A stretch of 63,996 bases of DNA, filler included, from Chrysochromulina tobinii (taxonomy: Eukaryota): assembly GCA_001275005.1 (NCBI GenBank). It is 6 parts of 6 records of this genome, joined end to end, with 100 filler letters (N's around TTAATTAATTAA, not from the genome) between each part and the next. Parts side by side here need not be neighbours in the genome. Positions count along the whole stretch, not along the records: positions 11,861 to 23,603 come from JWZX01001213.1; 5 more parts are not named here. One strand, given 5' to 3'. Positions 11,761-22,143 of this stretch are shown here, one piece after another. Numbering within the stretch: position 1 is the first letter of the stretch; each line of letters begins with the position of its first letter. The notes under the pieces are model-generated. The model was not told where the DNA came from, did not search any database, and worked only from the letters and a program-made list of their open reading frames with translations. The translations under genes and the position numbers were made by a program.

Positions 11761-11860
11761 NNNNNNNNNNNNNNNNNNNNNNNNNNNNNNNNNNNNNNNN
11801 NNNNTTAATTAATTAANNNNNNNNNNNNNNNNNNNNNNNNNNNNNNNNNNNNNNNNNNNN
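11761..11860. other. Artificial contig linker
   Basis: N-run with central TTAATTAATTAA (stops in six frames). Confidence 0.99.
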
Positions 11861-12744
11861 CCGACCCGACGCCTGTGCAGCTCGCCGCGCTGCGTCCCGG
11901 AGACACTCTCCTCATCGCACCGCCGCGTTCGAAGACCGACCAATTCGGAGAGATTCACTCCCCCTTTCCGTCCGCGATCGCCTACTCCCACGACCCGAAC
12001 AGCGCTGGTTACATCATACAGCAAATCGAGCTTTTGCGCCCGCTGCGCGGCCGCAGCCGAGAGAGCACGCCGCTATTTGCTGATGAGACCGGGCTGCCGT
12101 ACACGCACAACGCAATGGACACGCTCCTGCACGCCGCCCTGGTGCGGCTCTACGGCGAGCAGGTCGCGTCGTGCTACTCCTGGCACTCGCTGCGCTCCGG
12201 CCTCGCCACCGCCCTCAAAGCCGCTGGCTGCGAAGACAGCGTCATCCAAATGATATGTCGATGGGCAAACCCTGAATCGCTCAAAGTGTACGCTCGACAC
12301 GGCACGTCACTACACATCAACTGGGTGGATCGCGCCGAAAAAGCCGTCATCGACGCCATCTTGTCATCCAGCGTGCCAAAAGTGTGCAACAGCGAAGGCA
12401 ACATAGCCCTGCAACACCACTTTGGTGGCACCGTCCCAGCGCGTGCTCGGCACGTGCTCGACAATGCCGACAGAGACGCGGGCGACGCAACGGCAGCGCC
12501 TCCGGCGCCCCCTGATGCCTCGCCACTAACCCGCACCAACGCCGTCGGGCGCCGGGTGCGAGTGCCTGCCACTTGCTGGCCGACCTATACATGCACCGAG
12601 CACGCAGGATCAGGCTGGACAGCTCACATCCTATCTCTGCAACGAGCAAACGCTGTAACCCTGCGCTTCGCCGAAGCTACGGACGACCGCGGCCTGCCAT
12701 TTGCAGATGTCCAGCTCGACCTGGGAGCCCTGATCCCCTTCTGA
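11861..12744 (+). CDS. Tyrosine recombinase, C-terminal part (DIRS/Ngaro- or Crypton-like element), 5' truncated by contig edge
   Basis: RSKTDQFG (catalytic K), WHSLRSG (HxxR), CRW, LKVYAR (catalytic Y). Confidence 0.88.
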
Positions 12745-13028
12745 TCTCAGATTCACGTCACAGACGGACCGTCACCGTCACAACCTCCGTCACAAACCTC
12801 CGTCATACCTCCGTCACAAAGGCAGCCGCCATGAAACGCCAAGAGCGCTGAGAAAGGCTGCCCCGACGACGGAACTACAATCAACAGATCTCAAATTCAC
12901 GTCACCGACGACCGTCACCGTCAAAACCTCCGTCACAAACCTCCGTCTTACCTCCGTCACCAGGCAGCCGCCATGAAACGCCAAGAGCGCTGAGAATGGC
13001 TGCCCCGACGACGGAACTCCAATCAACA
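12743..13028 (+). repeat. Two tandem ~143-bp units downstream of the recombinase (probable element 3' region)
   Basis: GATCTCA.ATTCACGTCAC...GACGACGGAACT.CAATCAACA occurs twice with few differences. Confidence 0.9.
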
Positions 13029-13212
13029 CCACCCACCCGCCCTTTGGGATTCTAACCAATGACCGCACGACGCCGCCCACAACCGCCAACAGCAACAACG
13101 CCGTCTCTCGGCGCATCACACCACCTGGGACTCAGAGCCGGCCCCTGGCCGTCTCTGTGGGGGGCTGCTTATTAATAACCATCCCTTTGAGTGTGATGCA
13201 CAGAGAAGACTA

Positions 13213-15378
13213 ATGGTGGCTTACCCTTTGCAATGCTTGCTGTTGCCCGTTATCATCGCCTCCGGCGCGCCAGCTGGCAGCCCTCACGATCACCATCACC
13301 ATTTGCACACACTGCCGACGCCGCTACCACGCCACGCCTTCGATCCCAGTGCGGCGGTGCAGCCATTTGGGCTCTCAGAGATTCGCCTCTTGCCCAATTC
13401 GGCTTTCGCTGAAGCGCAGGATCTGAATACAGAATACTTGCGCCAGCTCGATATTGACCGGCTTCTCCATTCATTCCGTACCCAAGCTGGCCTCACCAAT
13501 CCAGCCCCGCCATATGGCGGCTGGGAATCTCCATCGTACCAGTGGGGCCTGGTCAACGGCCACTTTGTAGGTCACTATTTGAGCGCACTCGCCTTCGCCA
13601 CCGCCGTCGGCAACGAGGATTTGCGTAGGAAGGGCACGCAGCTGGTGGCTGGCCTCGCGGCATGCCAGGACGCCATCGCAAAGGCCAACCCGGACAGGGT
13701 GGGCTGGCTCTCGGCGTACCCGATCGATCATATTGAGCGGCTAGAGGCCCACAATCTCACGCAAGTGTGGGCACCGTACTACACGCTGCATAAGATCATG
13801 GCCGGGCTGTACGACCACTACATGCTCACGGCCAAGCTGAGCGAGCCGGGCAATGATCAGGCACTCGCAGTCCTCGTGCAGATGGCCAACTACATCTCAT
13901 CGCGCATCACCAAACTGATCGCCGCGAAGGGCGCCGCTTGGTGGCAATGGTGCCTCGATGTCGAGTTCGGCGGCATGAACGAGCTCGCGTACAACTTGTT
14001 CTCCCTCACCAAAGATCCGCGCCACGCGCAGCTCGCCGCCCTCTTCAGCCCGGACAACTTCCTCAACCCACTCGCAGACGGCACCCAAGATCCCCTCGAT
14101 GGACTGCATGCAAACCAGCACCTGCCCATCATCGTCGGTGCGGCGCGGGGCTTCGAAGTGATGGGCAACAAGACCCTCGGCACGATCACGCACAACTTTG
14201 GCTGCCTTCTGAGCTCACGCTACGAGTACAGCACCGGCGGCTCGAGTGACAACGAGTACTGGGGAAACCCTCGAGAGCTCGGCACCTCGATCCACACGGA
14301 CTTCGACAGCGTCACGCACGCGCCGATGAACTCGGATGGCTATCATACGCAAGAGACGTGCACGACGTACAACTCGCTCAAGATCTCGCGCTACCTGTTC
14401 ACATGGGCGCCGACGGCCGCGCTCGCCGATGCGTTCGAGGCGAAGCTCCTCAACGGCATCCTTGGCGTCCAGCAGCCTGGCGTCGTTGGATCCCTGTCGT
14501 ACATGACGCCACTCGGGAGGGGCGTGAACCGCAATCGCTGGGACTGGTATGGCTTCGGCAACGCAAACAGCTCCTTTTGGTGCTGCTACGGCACCACCGT
14601 CGAGCAGTTTGCGAAGCTCGGCGACTCCATCTACTTCACTGAGGGCATTGAGCAACTGTGGGTGGCACAATACATACCCTCGACCCTCTCGTGGGCAGCC
14701 AAGGGATTGAGTGTCGTGATGACGTCGAGCCTCGCTATGGCCCTGCCCACCCAACGCGGCGCGCGTGCTGAGCCCTACACGGCCACGCTGACCGTCAACA
14801 TCACGCTCTCCTCGTTCCTCTCTCGTGGGCCCGGCCCTCTGCCTGCTCTCGACCTGCGCGTACGTGTACCCGGCTGGGCCGCGAGGGAGAGCGCCGTGCG
14901 TGTCCGACGCCGCAACTCGAGCATGAGTGAGCACACGCCAGCCAATGGCACCTTCTTTGCTGTCCCCACTCCCGAATTGGGTTGGCTCGTTGGCGACGTC
15001 GTCGAGCTCACCCTCGGCATGGTGCCACGCCTCACCCCCATCAATGATGTGCGGCCCGAGTTCGCGTCAGTTTCGTCCATCATGCTCGGGCCACTTGTGC
15101 TCACGGGCATCACGAACGAGACGGACGAGCTCCGCGCAGATCCCGCGCGAGTGGCCGAATGGGTGGCGCCGGAAAAGATCCAGCGGACACGCTGTGCCGG
15201 CCGCGCACACTGGAAAATTTGGGACGGGGAGCGCTGTGGCGATGCCCAAGAGGACGCGACCACCGATGGCATGCAGCTGGTCGCCCACGGCAAGAATCGT
15301 AACTACACGTTGCTTCCACTGGCACGCGTCGCTCTCCTTAATTACACGGCGTACTTCAATGTGACGAAACCTGTATGA
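13213..15378 (+). CDS. Secreted beta-L-arabinofuranosidase-like glycoside hydrolase (GH127/GH146)
   Basis: Signal peptide; GHFVGHYLSA, WAPYYTLHKIMAGL, EFGGMNE, LHANQH, ETCTTYN, FWCCYGT. Confidence 0.9.
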   Translation: MVAYPLQCLLLPVIIASGAPAGSPHDHHHHLHTLPTPLPRHAFDPSAAVQPFGLSEIRLLPNSAFAEAQDLNTEYLRQLDIDRLLHSFRTQAGLTNPAPPYGGWESPSYQWGLVNGHFVGHYLSALAFATAVGNEDLRRKGTQLVAGLAACQDAIAKANPDRVGWLSAYPIDHIERLEAHNLTQVWAPYYTLHKIMAGLYDHYMLTAKLSEPGNDQALAVLVQMANYISSRITKLIAAKGAAWWQWCLDVEFGGMNELAYNLFSLTKDPRHAQLAALFSPDNFLNPLADGTQDPLDGLHANQHLPIIVGAARGFEVMGNKTLGTITHNFGCLLSSRYEYSTGGSSDNEYWGNPRELGTSIHTDFDSVTHAPMNSDGYHTQETCTTYNSLKISRYLFTWAPTAALADAFEAKLLNGILGVQQPGVVGSLSYMTPLGRGVNRNRWDWYGFGNANSSFWCCYGTTVEQFAKLGDSIYFTEGIEQLWVAQYIPSTLSWAAKGLSVVMTSSLAMALPTQRGARAEPYTATLTVNITLSSFLSRGPGPLPALDLRVRVPGWAARESAVRVRRRNSSMSEHTPANGTFFAVPTPELGWLVGDVVELTLGMVPRLTPINDVRPEFASVSSIMLGPLVLTGITNETDELRADPARVAEWVAPEKIQRTRCAGRAHWKIWDGERCGDAQEDATTDGMQLVAHGKNRNYTLLPLARVALLNYTAYFNVTKPV

Positions 15379-15402
15379 GTTCGGCCGACTCTGTGACTGT
15401 GA

Positions 15403-15621
15403 TCTTGTCGTGAGGCATAATTTCCTTAATTTGGTCCGCAGGTCATGTCGGCACCACGGTAGTGCCAGTGGTAGGGGGCGCACGAAGCCCACGGGCACGC
15501 GCGACCGGCCACGGCCGCGGCGGCGGGGTGTGGTACCTCGCCTACTCGACTGTATTAACGACTCCAAAACCGCACCGCAGCGCGCCGTACAGTCTACATG
15601 TGTACGGCTACAAGTTACTAG
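15403..15621 (+). mobile_element. Short non-autonomous Helitron-like element
   Basis: 3' hairpin GCCGTACA-9nt-TGTACGGC (15584-15608), then CTAG|T; candidate 5' end A|TC at 15402/15403 (less certain). Confidence 0.55.
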
Positions 15622-15637
15622 TAAGTGAGTGCTTTGC

Positions 15638-17191
15638 TCATTTACCGCGCAAAATTGTGTGTAAGTTTGCGTCACGGCTCTTGATGCTCTTGCGGTTGCG
15701 CTTGGCCTTCGCCTTGCCCGTCAACATCTGCTTCGACCATCGCGCCGCGTACTCCGCGAGTGTGACCTTCTCCAGCTCCAACCGCCGCTTCTCGAATGCG
15801 TTAGCCTCCTCTTGTAGCCTCTCGAGTACTGGCGCTCCTGCCGCTCGGTGCGAGCAAGGCGAGGTCTGCAGAATCTCTGCAGAACGTGCGCTGAGCGCGG
15901 GTGCGGGCCCCGCTGCCGCAACAGCCTCTGCCACAAACCTCTCGGGCAGTCCGAGCGACGCGCGAAACTCTTGGAGGCAGCTTGCGTGTGCGAGCGCATT
16001 GGAAAACGTGGTGCCTCCTGGTAGGCGTGCTTTGTGCTCCTCGGCAGCGTCGGCGGTGAAGGCGGCGTCGTCGCTGGCCGCAGAGGTTCGACGCCATGCG
16101 TTCAGTCTCGCGTCTCCGAAGGGCTCGAGACCATGCTGCTCCTTGGAGCCCTGCGGCAGTGGGTCGGTCATGCCGAGCACGAGGATACCGCCAGGCGCGA
16201 GCCGTTGGACAATCTTGCCGAGCGCGACGCTCGCGTCCGCCCCGTTGCTGTAGAGAAAGATCGAGTAGCGGCAAAGGACGAGATCAAACTGGGATGGCGC
16301 CGCGCCGGCACCGCAACAAACGTGCTCCGCCACGGCCGTCGTGTCCTCCACACCGAATGAGCAGCTGGCTCGGCCGCCATCGGAGAGTGTGAAACGCTTC
16401 GGCAGCAGCCCACCATCGAAGGAACCAGGGTCCGCAGTCGAAGGGGTAAGACAAGAATTCGGCATCGGCTGGTAGCGCCGGCCAGCCATAAATGGCTTTG
16501 CACAGCTTTTCGGTATAGTCGGCGCCCACTCCGGATTCATCGCGACCTCGTGGAAGAAGGCGTCGCGCAGCTCGATGGGCACGTTGGCGAGAGCGGCCTC
16601 GCTCCACTCGTACCGGAGGTCCTGCACGGTTTTCACGATCGTAGCGTCGCGGTCGGTGCCATAGCCGACGAATTCGGGCGCATGCTCGCCAAAGGTCGGC
16701 GCGACCCACTTCTGGTAGACCATGCGCGCCGTGAAGAGCTCCTCGCCGCTCGAACAACCGCAGCTCCAGACGCGTAGGCGTGCGGCCGAAGAAGCGGACG
16801 TGTCATTCTGGCGGAGGGTGGACCTTGCTGCTGCGAAGAGCGCCCGGTTGGCAATCAGACCATCCCACAGACCCGCCCCATCTCGGAAGAAGGCAGTGTT
16901 GTGGATCCACGCCCGCTGCGTGATGTTGAACGTCGAGCTGCCCGTCGGAGAGACGTACCTTCGCACAGCGCTCGACGACACCGGTCGCGTCGTCGCCGGT
17001 TGCGGAGTGGCTATTGACGCTGCTGTCCCTTTCAAGATACCGCCCTGCACTTCTGGCAGCAGCGTCGGTGAGCGTGATGGCTGCGACAGCAGCAGCTGTA
17101 GCCTCTGCTTTGGCTTCGGCGGCGTGGCTGGCGTCTTTGTTTTGGTTGATGACGACGAATTGGGCGGTGAGCTGATGGATAGGTCCAGCAT
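15638..17191 (-). CDS. CheR-type SAM-dependent methyltransferase
   Basis: HNTAFFRD, LRVWSCGCSSGEE, GTDRD, FDLVLCRY..LY and LAPGGILVLG match CheR motifs in order. Confidence 0.85.
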   Translation of the reverse strand: MLDLSISSPPNSSSSTKTKTPATPPKPKQRLQLLLSQPSRSPTLLPEVQGGILKGTAASIATPQPATTRPVSSSAVRRYVSPTGSSTFNITQRAWIHNTAFFRDGAGLWDGLIANRALFAAARSTLRQNDTSASSAARLRVWSCGCSSGEELFTARMVYQKWVAPTFGEHAPEFVGYGTDRDATIVKTVQDLRYEWSEAALANVPIELRDAFFHEVAMNPEWAPTIPKSCAKPFMAGRRYQPMPNSCLTPSTADPGSFDGGLLPKRFTLSDGGRASCSFGVEDTTAVAEHVCCGAGAAPSQFDLVLCRYSIFLYSNGADASVALGKIVQRLAPGGILVLGMTDPLPQGSKEQHGLEPFGDARLNAWRRTSAASDDAAFTADAAEEHKARLPGGTTFSNALAHASCLQEFRASLGLPERFVAEAVAAAGPAPALSARSAEILQTSPCSHRAAGAPVLERLQEEANAFEKRRLELEKVTLAEYAARWSKQMLTGKAKAKRNRKSIKSRDANLHTILRGK

Positions 17192-17450
17192 TGGGCCTCC
17201 TGCCTCGCGCAACGCGACGACCTACAGAGTCCCAAATATGGACGTTTGAACTCGGTGAAACAGATCCTCAATTTCGAAACCAAACAAACACTCTCCACCA
17301 AGGGACACCAAACAGAAATCCACTGTTGCAGGGTCCTATTTTTGCGAAAAACGTATGTAGGGGAGTGACGGGAGCGAGCCGGACATCGCGGTAAGTGCGA
17401 AGTGCGACGACTTCGCGAAAACGATTTTGGCCTCAGGACTCCTCGGAGGC

Positions 17451-18461
17451 ATGAGCGCCCTTTCCATCGAGGTTCCTTCAACCGCAAACGCGGATGAACA
17501 CGGGGCTTCCATGGCGTCGCCCAGCAAACCGAGCAAGGTCTACCGGGCCGATTACGGCCGGCTTTTGCAGGAGCAGGTTAACCATGAGAAGGGTGACGCC
17601 GAGCGTGCTGAGAAGCAGATAATGCAAATGAGGCTGGATGAGCTGCGTGAGTCCTTCAAGGAGCGCGGCCGCACGCTGCGCAATGAACGGCAGCGCGGCC
17701 AGGAGTTGATCAAGTCGAAGATTGACGAGTGCCGTCAGCAAGCCAAGGAATCTGGCGAAAACGTGCGTATGCAGCGGGAGGTCTTTCGTGCAAAGCGGCA
17801 GAGCATGAGCCAGACATGGAAGAATCACGGTAATACGCTCTCCAAAGAACATGCAGATCTCAAGGCAAAGATGCGCGCCGCCACAGAAGCTCGTCTCGCA
17901 GAGGCGAGGGCAAGTGGCAGCGAGTTCAAGAGTGAGCTCAAGGAGCTGGTGAAAAACACCGACGACTCGCACTATCACTACAAATGCGACCTCGCCGGCC
18001 GCGTTAAGGCGGCGACGTCGAAGCACGTGACGCGTGCATCAAAGCAAGACTTCCTCATGGACACATGGGACAAGGCGGACCTGCTGCGGGAGCAGATGAC
18101 AAGGCTGCGGCAGCAGCGCTTGCGACAGGAGCAAGAGTACCTTGCTTACGCGATGATGACCAAGGAGGACATGCGAAAGAAAAATCACGAGGCAGCTGAC
18201 AAGCTGGAGGCCGACCTGCGCGAGCGCTCGACAAATCTTCGCAGGGAAGAGAAAGAAATGAAGGACGCAGTCGCAGCAGCGAAAAAGAACTTCTTTGATG
18301 CAAAGAAGGCGCTACGCGAGCAAACCGAGACCAACAAGCTCGTGCCTGACGCAGAGCTCACCGATGACGGGGAATCCCTTCGCGAATCGATTAGCGCGGC
18401 CTTTTCGCGCTTCTTTGGATATCGGCGGCGCGGCATAGGGACATCTCCGGTTGCAATATAA
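17451..18461 (+). CDS. Coiled-coil protein of unknown function
   Basis: 336-aa E/K/R/Q-rich ORF with host-like codon use. Confidence 0.75.
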   Translation: MSALSIEVPSTANADEHGASMASPSKPSKVYRADYGRLLQEQVNHEKGDAERAEKQIMQMRLDELRESFKERGRTLRNERQRGQELIKSKIDECRQQAKESGENVRMQREVFRAKRQSMSQTWKNHGNTLSKEHADLKAKMRAATEARLAEARASGSEFKSELKELVKNTDDSHYHYKCDLAGRVKAATSKHVTRASKQDFLMDTWDKADLLREQMTRLRQQRLRQEQEYLAYAMMTKEDMRKKNHEAADKLEADLRERSTNLRREEKEMKDAVAAAKKNFFDAKKALREQTETNKLVPDAELTDDGESLRESISAAFSRFFGYRRRGIGTSPVAI

Positions 18462-19655
18462 GCGATGCGATCAGACGGGAGGACGCGCAACAACTTAATG
18501 GCGCGAGTGCGCCCATGCACCACGGGCACCACCGTATGCGTATCCCGCATCCCGCCCCGCGCCGCCGCGGGCACCCGCGCTACGTTCCGCGATCCCGTCG
18601 TAGTACATGCATACTGCACGCGCGCGGTAATTTCAACCCGTCACGATCCGTTTAATGATTTAATGATTTAATGATAATTTAATGATTACAAACTAATATT
18701 CCAATTCAATTCAATTGCGATTACAAATCGATGGAGGGCGATCGGGCTGATCCGGGCACGCACGCGGACGCGCGTTTCGCCGTTTGCGCGCTTTCGTTTT
18801 TGCGGCGCCCCGCGAGGCCAATATGCGCTTGTACACGGACCATTTCCGCATTTCGCTTTCGGAGCGCGGGTCACACCGCGGTTGAGAGCCCCCCTTCGGC
18901 GGTTATCGCGGCAGGGGCCAGGAATCACAACCATCACGGCGGAAAATCATTTTCATTACAAAAATCTGCAGCGTCCTGGGATGTCGGCAGAACGCGCACA
19001 TGACGCACGATCGCGGAGACCACGCCACGCACGCGATCCCCGGCCGGTTTGCGCAACTTCACATGCGGGAATCAAATACACCGCGTGTCAGCGTATGTAC
19101 GAACGAAACCTTACAAACCGCACTACTGTCCGTCTGAATCCGCCCCCGACGACCGTGGGAAGGTGGATGACTCCCCCCGCAGCCGATCGACCCGAGCCGC
19201 TCCGGAGCACACCCACAGCGTTGAGCGTACAGGCTACTAAACTCCGTCGGTGGCAGTACCGGTACATGTGGTATGGTGGCCCGGCCCAATAGATTGCACA
19301 TCCCTCATCTGATCTTGAAGTGGCTCATGCGAGAGAGGAACGGCAACGGGGAGCTGACAGGAGCGATACCGTACTGCTAACAGTCCATCTCAATTTCTCC
19401 CCCTGGTGCTCAGGGGGCCACTTCATGCATGGTGAGCCACACGGTGTATCACGTTTCTGATCTCCATCGGTCCAAAAAGAAGCGCAAAGTCGCCACTGCG
19501 CGGCCCACTTCACCGCCAATAGTGCCATGCTCGTCTTGCAGCGGCAGTGGCTTTCTCGGTCGGCTGCCGATTCCAAATGCGCATCGATACGCTTGCACGG
19601 TCAAAAGCGTCAACGTTGGCCTCAGAGGCGCTGCTCAGATCCGCAGTAGTTTGGT

Positions 19656-21002
19656 CTATGAAGCACTGGTCGCAGACAACTGACCCTCCGGAGTCAGGTC
19701 CTTGGTCGACTCAGCCTTCTTGCGCTCGATGTAATTCAAGCTCGGCAGCTTCGGCATCCCGGAGGGGGTTGACAGCTTGGTAGCGAGGATGTCGCTCGCC
19801 AAAGGGGCCGACTTGGCCACTGGCGGCTCACGAGGTGGTAGAGGCTGCCCGGGTGGTGGTGGGCGCAGGACCCTCAAAGTGATGACGCCCGTCATCTGCT
19901 TGAGCCGCGTTGAGGTCTCAGAGTGGCCGACGGCATTCCATTCGTTGACCGAGAGCACCTGGTCGCCCACGAGCAGCTTGCCGTACGCGAGGCCGTTGCT
20001 TGCGACATCATCGAGGAAGGGGTGTCCTTCGCCCGAGAGGGTGACACCTAGCTTCGCGTCCTTGTCAGGCTTCTCGAGCACGACCTCCAGCCCAAAGACG
20101 GGATCCCATTTTCCGATCCCCTGACGGTAAGTGGGATAATTGAGGACCCATGCCGGCGTAGACGGCGGCACCGCGGCGGCCGCCGGGGGCGGCGGCGCAG
20201 GCTTCTCCGGCGGGGGTGCGTTCTCGACTTCGCCGTAAAAGTGGAACGGGCCGGCGAATGCGGGCGGCTGCTTGGGATAGACCACCGCCAGGCGCATCAT
20301 CGGCAGGTACAGGATGCCGGCGATCGAGAGAGACCAGTGGAAATACCACAGGGAGCCCATGCGCGCGCCGCTCACGCCACCAAAGATGTAACAGAAGCAA
20401 TTGCTGAACAGAATGAGGGAATCGCGCTTCTCAGCCGGCGTCAAGCCGACGGTGAGCCCGTTGTACATGGCGATACCCAGCTTTTGGATGTTGTTCGAGA
20501 GGAACGTCACGTCGTTCTTGATGACATCGGCCTTCAACGAGATGATGTTCGTCATGCCAAGGGCGAAGGGCACGAGCGTCGACGCGAGCGACGACCAGAT
20601 GTTGTACTGTGGCGGACCCATGACGTCGTTGTACTCACGCATCCGGTCTCCATCGGGACTGTTGAAGGTTTGATGGTAATCGATGCCGTCGACCAAGATG
20701 AAGATGCCGCACATGAAGATGATGATCGCTGGGTCAGCGATGCTGCCCAACCTCGGCAGCATGTGGAGCCCCAGCATGACGCCGCACATGAAGTTAGTGA
20801 TGCACAAAAAGTAGATGCCGACCCAAGTCCAGTTATTCTCCTGCGCCGCCATGCCCATCTGCACGACGTTGCCGGTCATCATGCCACCATACGTGTCGAA
20901 ACGCACCTTGGTGTTGCTGACAACGTAGCCCGAGACGAAACTGACAAGTCCAGCCACGAGGAAATCGCGATTCGCGTGGAACACCGACTGTCTGGCCGGC
21001 AT
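19656..21002 (-). CDS. YoaK/DUF1275-like membrane protein fused to a C-terminal PDZ domain
   Basis: LVSFVSGY...MMTGN and FALGMTN...TFLSNN transmembrane motifs; then KLGVTL...GKLLVGDQVLSVN...ITLRV PDZ pattern. Confidence 0.75.
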   Translation of the reverse strand: MPARQSVFHANRDFLVAGLVSFVSGYVVSNTKVRFDTYGGMMTGNVVQMGMAAQENNWTWVGIYFLCITNFMCGVMLGLHMLPRLGSIADPAIIIFMCGIFILVDGIDYHQTFNSPDGDRMREYNDVMGPPQYNIWSSLASTLVPFALGMTNIISLKADVIKNDVTFLSNNIQKLGIAMYNGLTVGLTPAEKRDSLILFSNCFCYIFGGVSGARMGSLWYFHWSLSIAGILYLPMMRLAVVYPKQPPAFAGPFHFYGEVENAPPPEKPAPPPPAAAAVPPSTPAWVLNYPTYRQGIGKWDPVFGLEVVLEKPDKDAKLGVTLSGEGHPFLDDVASNGLAYGKLLVGDQVLSVNEWNAVGHSETSTRLKQMTGVITLRVLRPPPPGQPLPPREPPVAKSAPLASDILATKLSTPSGMPKLPSLNYIERKKAESTKDLTPEGQLSATSAS

Positions 21003-21267
21003 GAATGTCGACAAATGCGAGTCGTTTCGGAGGACGACCGTCCAGAGTCGGGGACCGGCTTTGTTTTCGTTTCAGATCAAAAGTTTTCCCACAGACCTGC
21101 TGTTTTTCGCAAACGTGGACGTCGGAAAGCTCGCTCGCTCGAACACTTGACTGCAACAACCCTCCCACCCACGTCGATCGCCGTAGCGTTCCCAGATACA
21201 AACAGCCCTCTCTGACGCGACGGACCTGACAAAGCTGAGATTCGCCCTCTCTTCCCCCTCTCTTTCT

Positions 21268-21891
21268 TCAGTCCGCGAAAATGGTTGGATCCTTCGTCTT
21301 CAGATAGCCCTGCACCGACTTGACGAGCTCGCTCATGTCGGCCTGCTTGCCCTTGATGGCGCCGAAGACCTCCTCCTCCGAAGGGCCAAGCTTCGCGACG
21401 AACGCGTCGCGGTATGGAGCCGCCTTGACACCCACGCTGAACGTGGTGCGGATCATCATGCCGTGGTGCGGCTTGAGGCTCACCTCGTAGCCCGCTAGCA
21501 CACAGTCGCTCAGCTTCTTGCCCGGATTCGCGATAAGCTCTTCGAGCATTTTGATAATGAAGTTGAGTGCACGTGCGAGCCACAGCAGCGCACACGAAAC
21601 CGTCTTGCCGTCACCCGCGATCTTCTTGAGCGCCGCCGCGTCCTTGCCCGCGCACTCGGCGTCGATGAGCGACTTGAGCGTGCTGCCAGGGTTGGCGTTC
21701 GCCGCTTTGAGCAACGTGTTAGCGTTGCCACTCATGTCGGCGCTCGCCATGCCCATGCCCGTGATCAGGTCGAAGACCGAGATGAGGGCAAGCGAAGCCT
21801 CCGCAAATTGCTTCGCGTCGGCCTCCTCCTTCTTGCCGAGCGACGGCTCGAATTTCTCGAGCACCTTCGAATCCTGAAGCCAGCCTGGCAT
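21268..21891 (-). CDS. Glycolipid transfer protein (GLTP/HET-C2 family)
   Basis: DMSGN, ALLWLARAL, YEVSLKPHHG motifs. Confidence 0.88.
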   Translation of the reverse strand: MPGWLQDSKVLEKFEPSLGKKEEADAKQFAEASLALISVFDLITGMGMASADMSGNANTLLKAANANPGSTLKSLIDAECAGKDAAALKKIAGDGKTVSCALLWLARALNFIIKMLEELIANPGKKLSDCVLAGYEVSLKPHHGMMIRTTFSVGVKAAPYRDAFVAKLGPSEEEVFGAIKGKQADMSELVKSVQGYLKTKDPTIFAD

Positions 21892-22143
21892 GCGCGCGCC
21901 ACGAAGTCGGCACAAGGGGGGCGGAACGCAGTTGTAAGTTTCGATGGTAGGCGGATACCTACGAAAATGCGGCGTAATCGACGGGACATGAGGGCCGGCG
22001 TCGGGAACACATTGTTCGACTGGATGGGCATGTGTGCGTGCTCACAAGCCGACCACCGTGGAGTCCTCTCTTAATCACTCCCGTCAGAGGCTCGGCCAGC
22101 CAACTCCACCGGGGCGGCTTGGGCCCCGGGCGTCTCTCCCCGC

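Noticed and set aside
11761..11860. TTAATTAATTAA motif recurring five times within N-runs
   Set aside because: Artificial linker; adjacency across these gaps is not assumed.
18465..19650. Intergenic region with an AT-rich TTAATGAT patch and short ORFs
   Set aside because: Could hide small repeats, but I could not define termini, TSDs or a credible protein.
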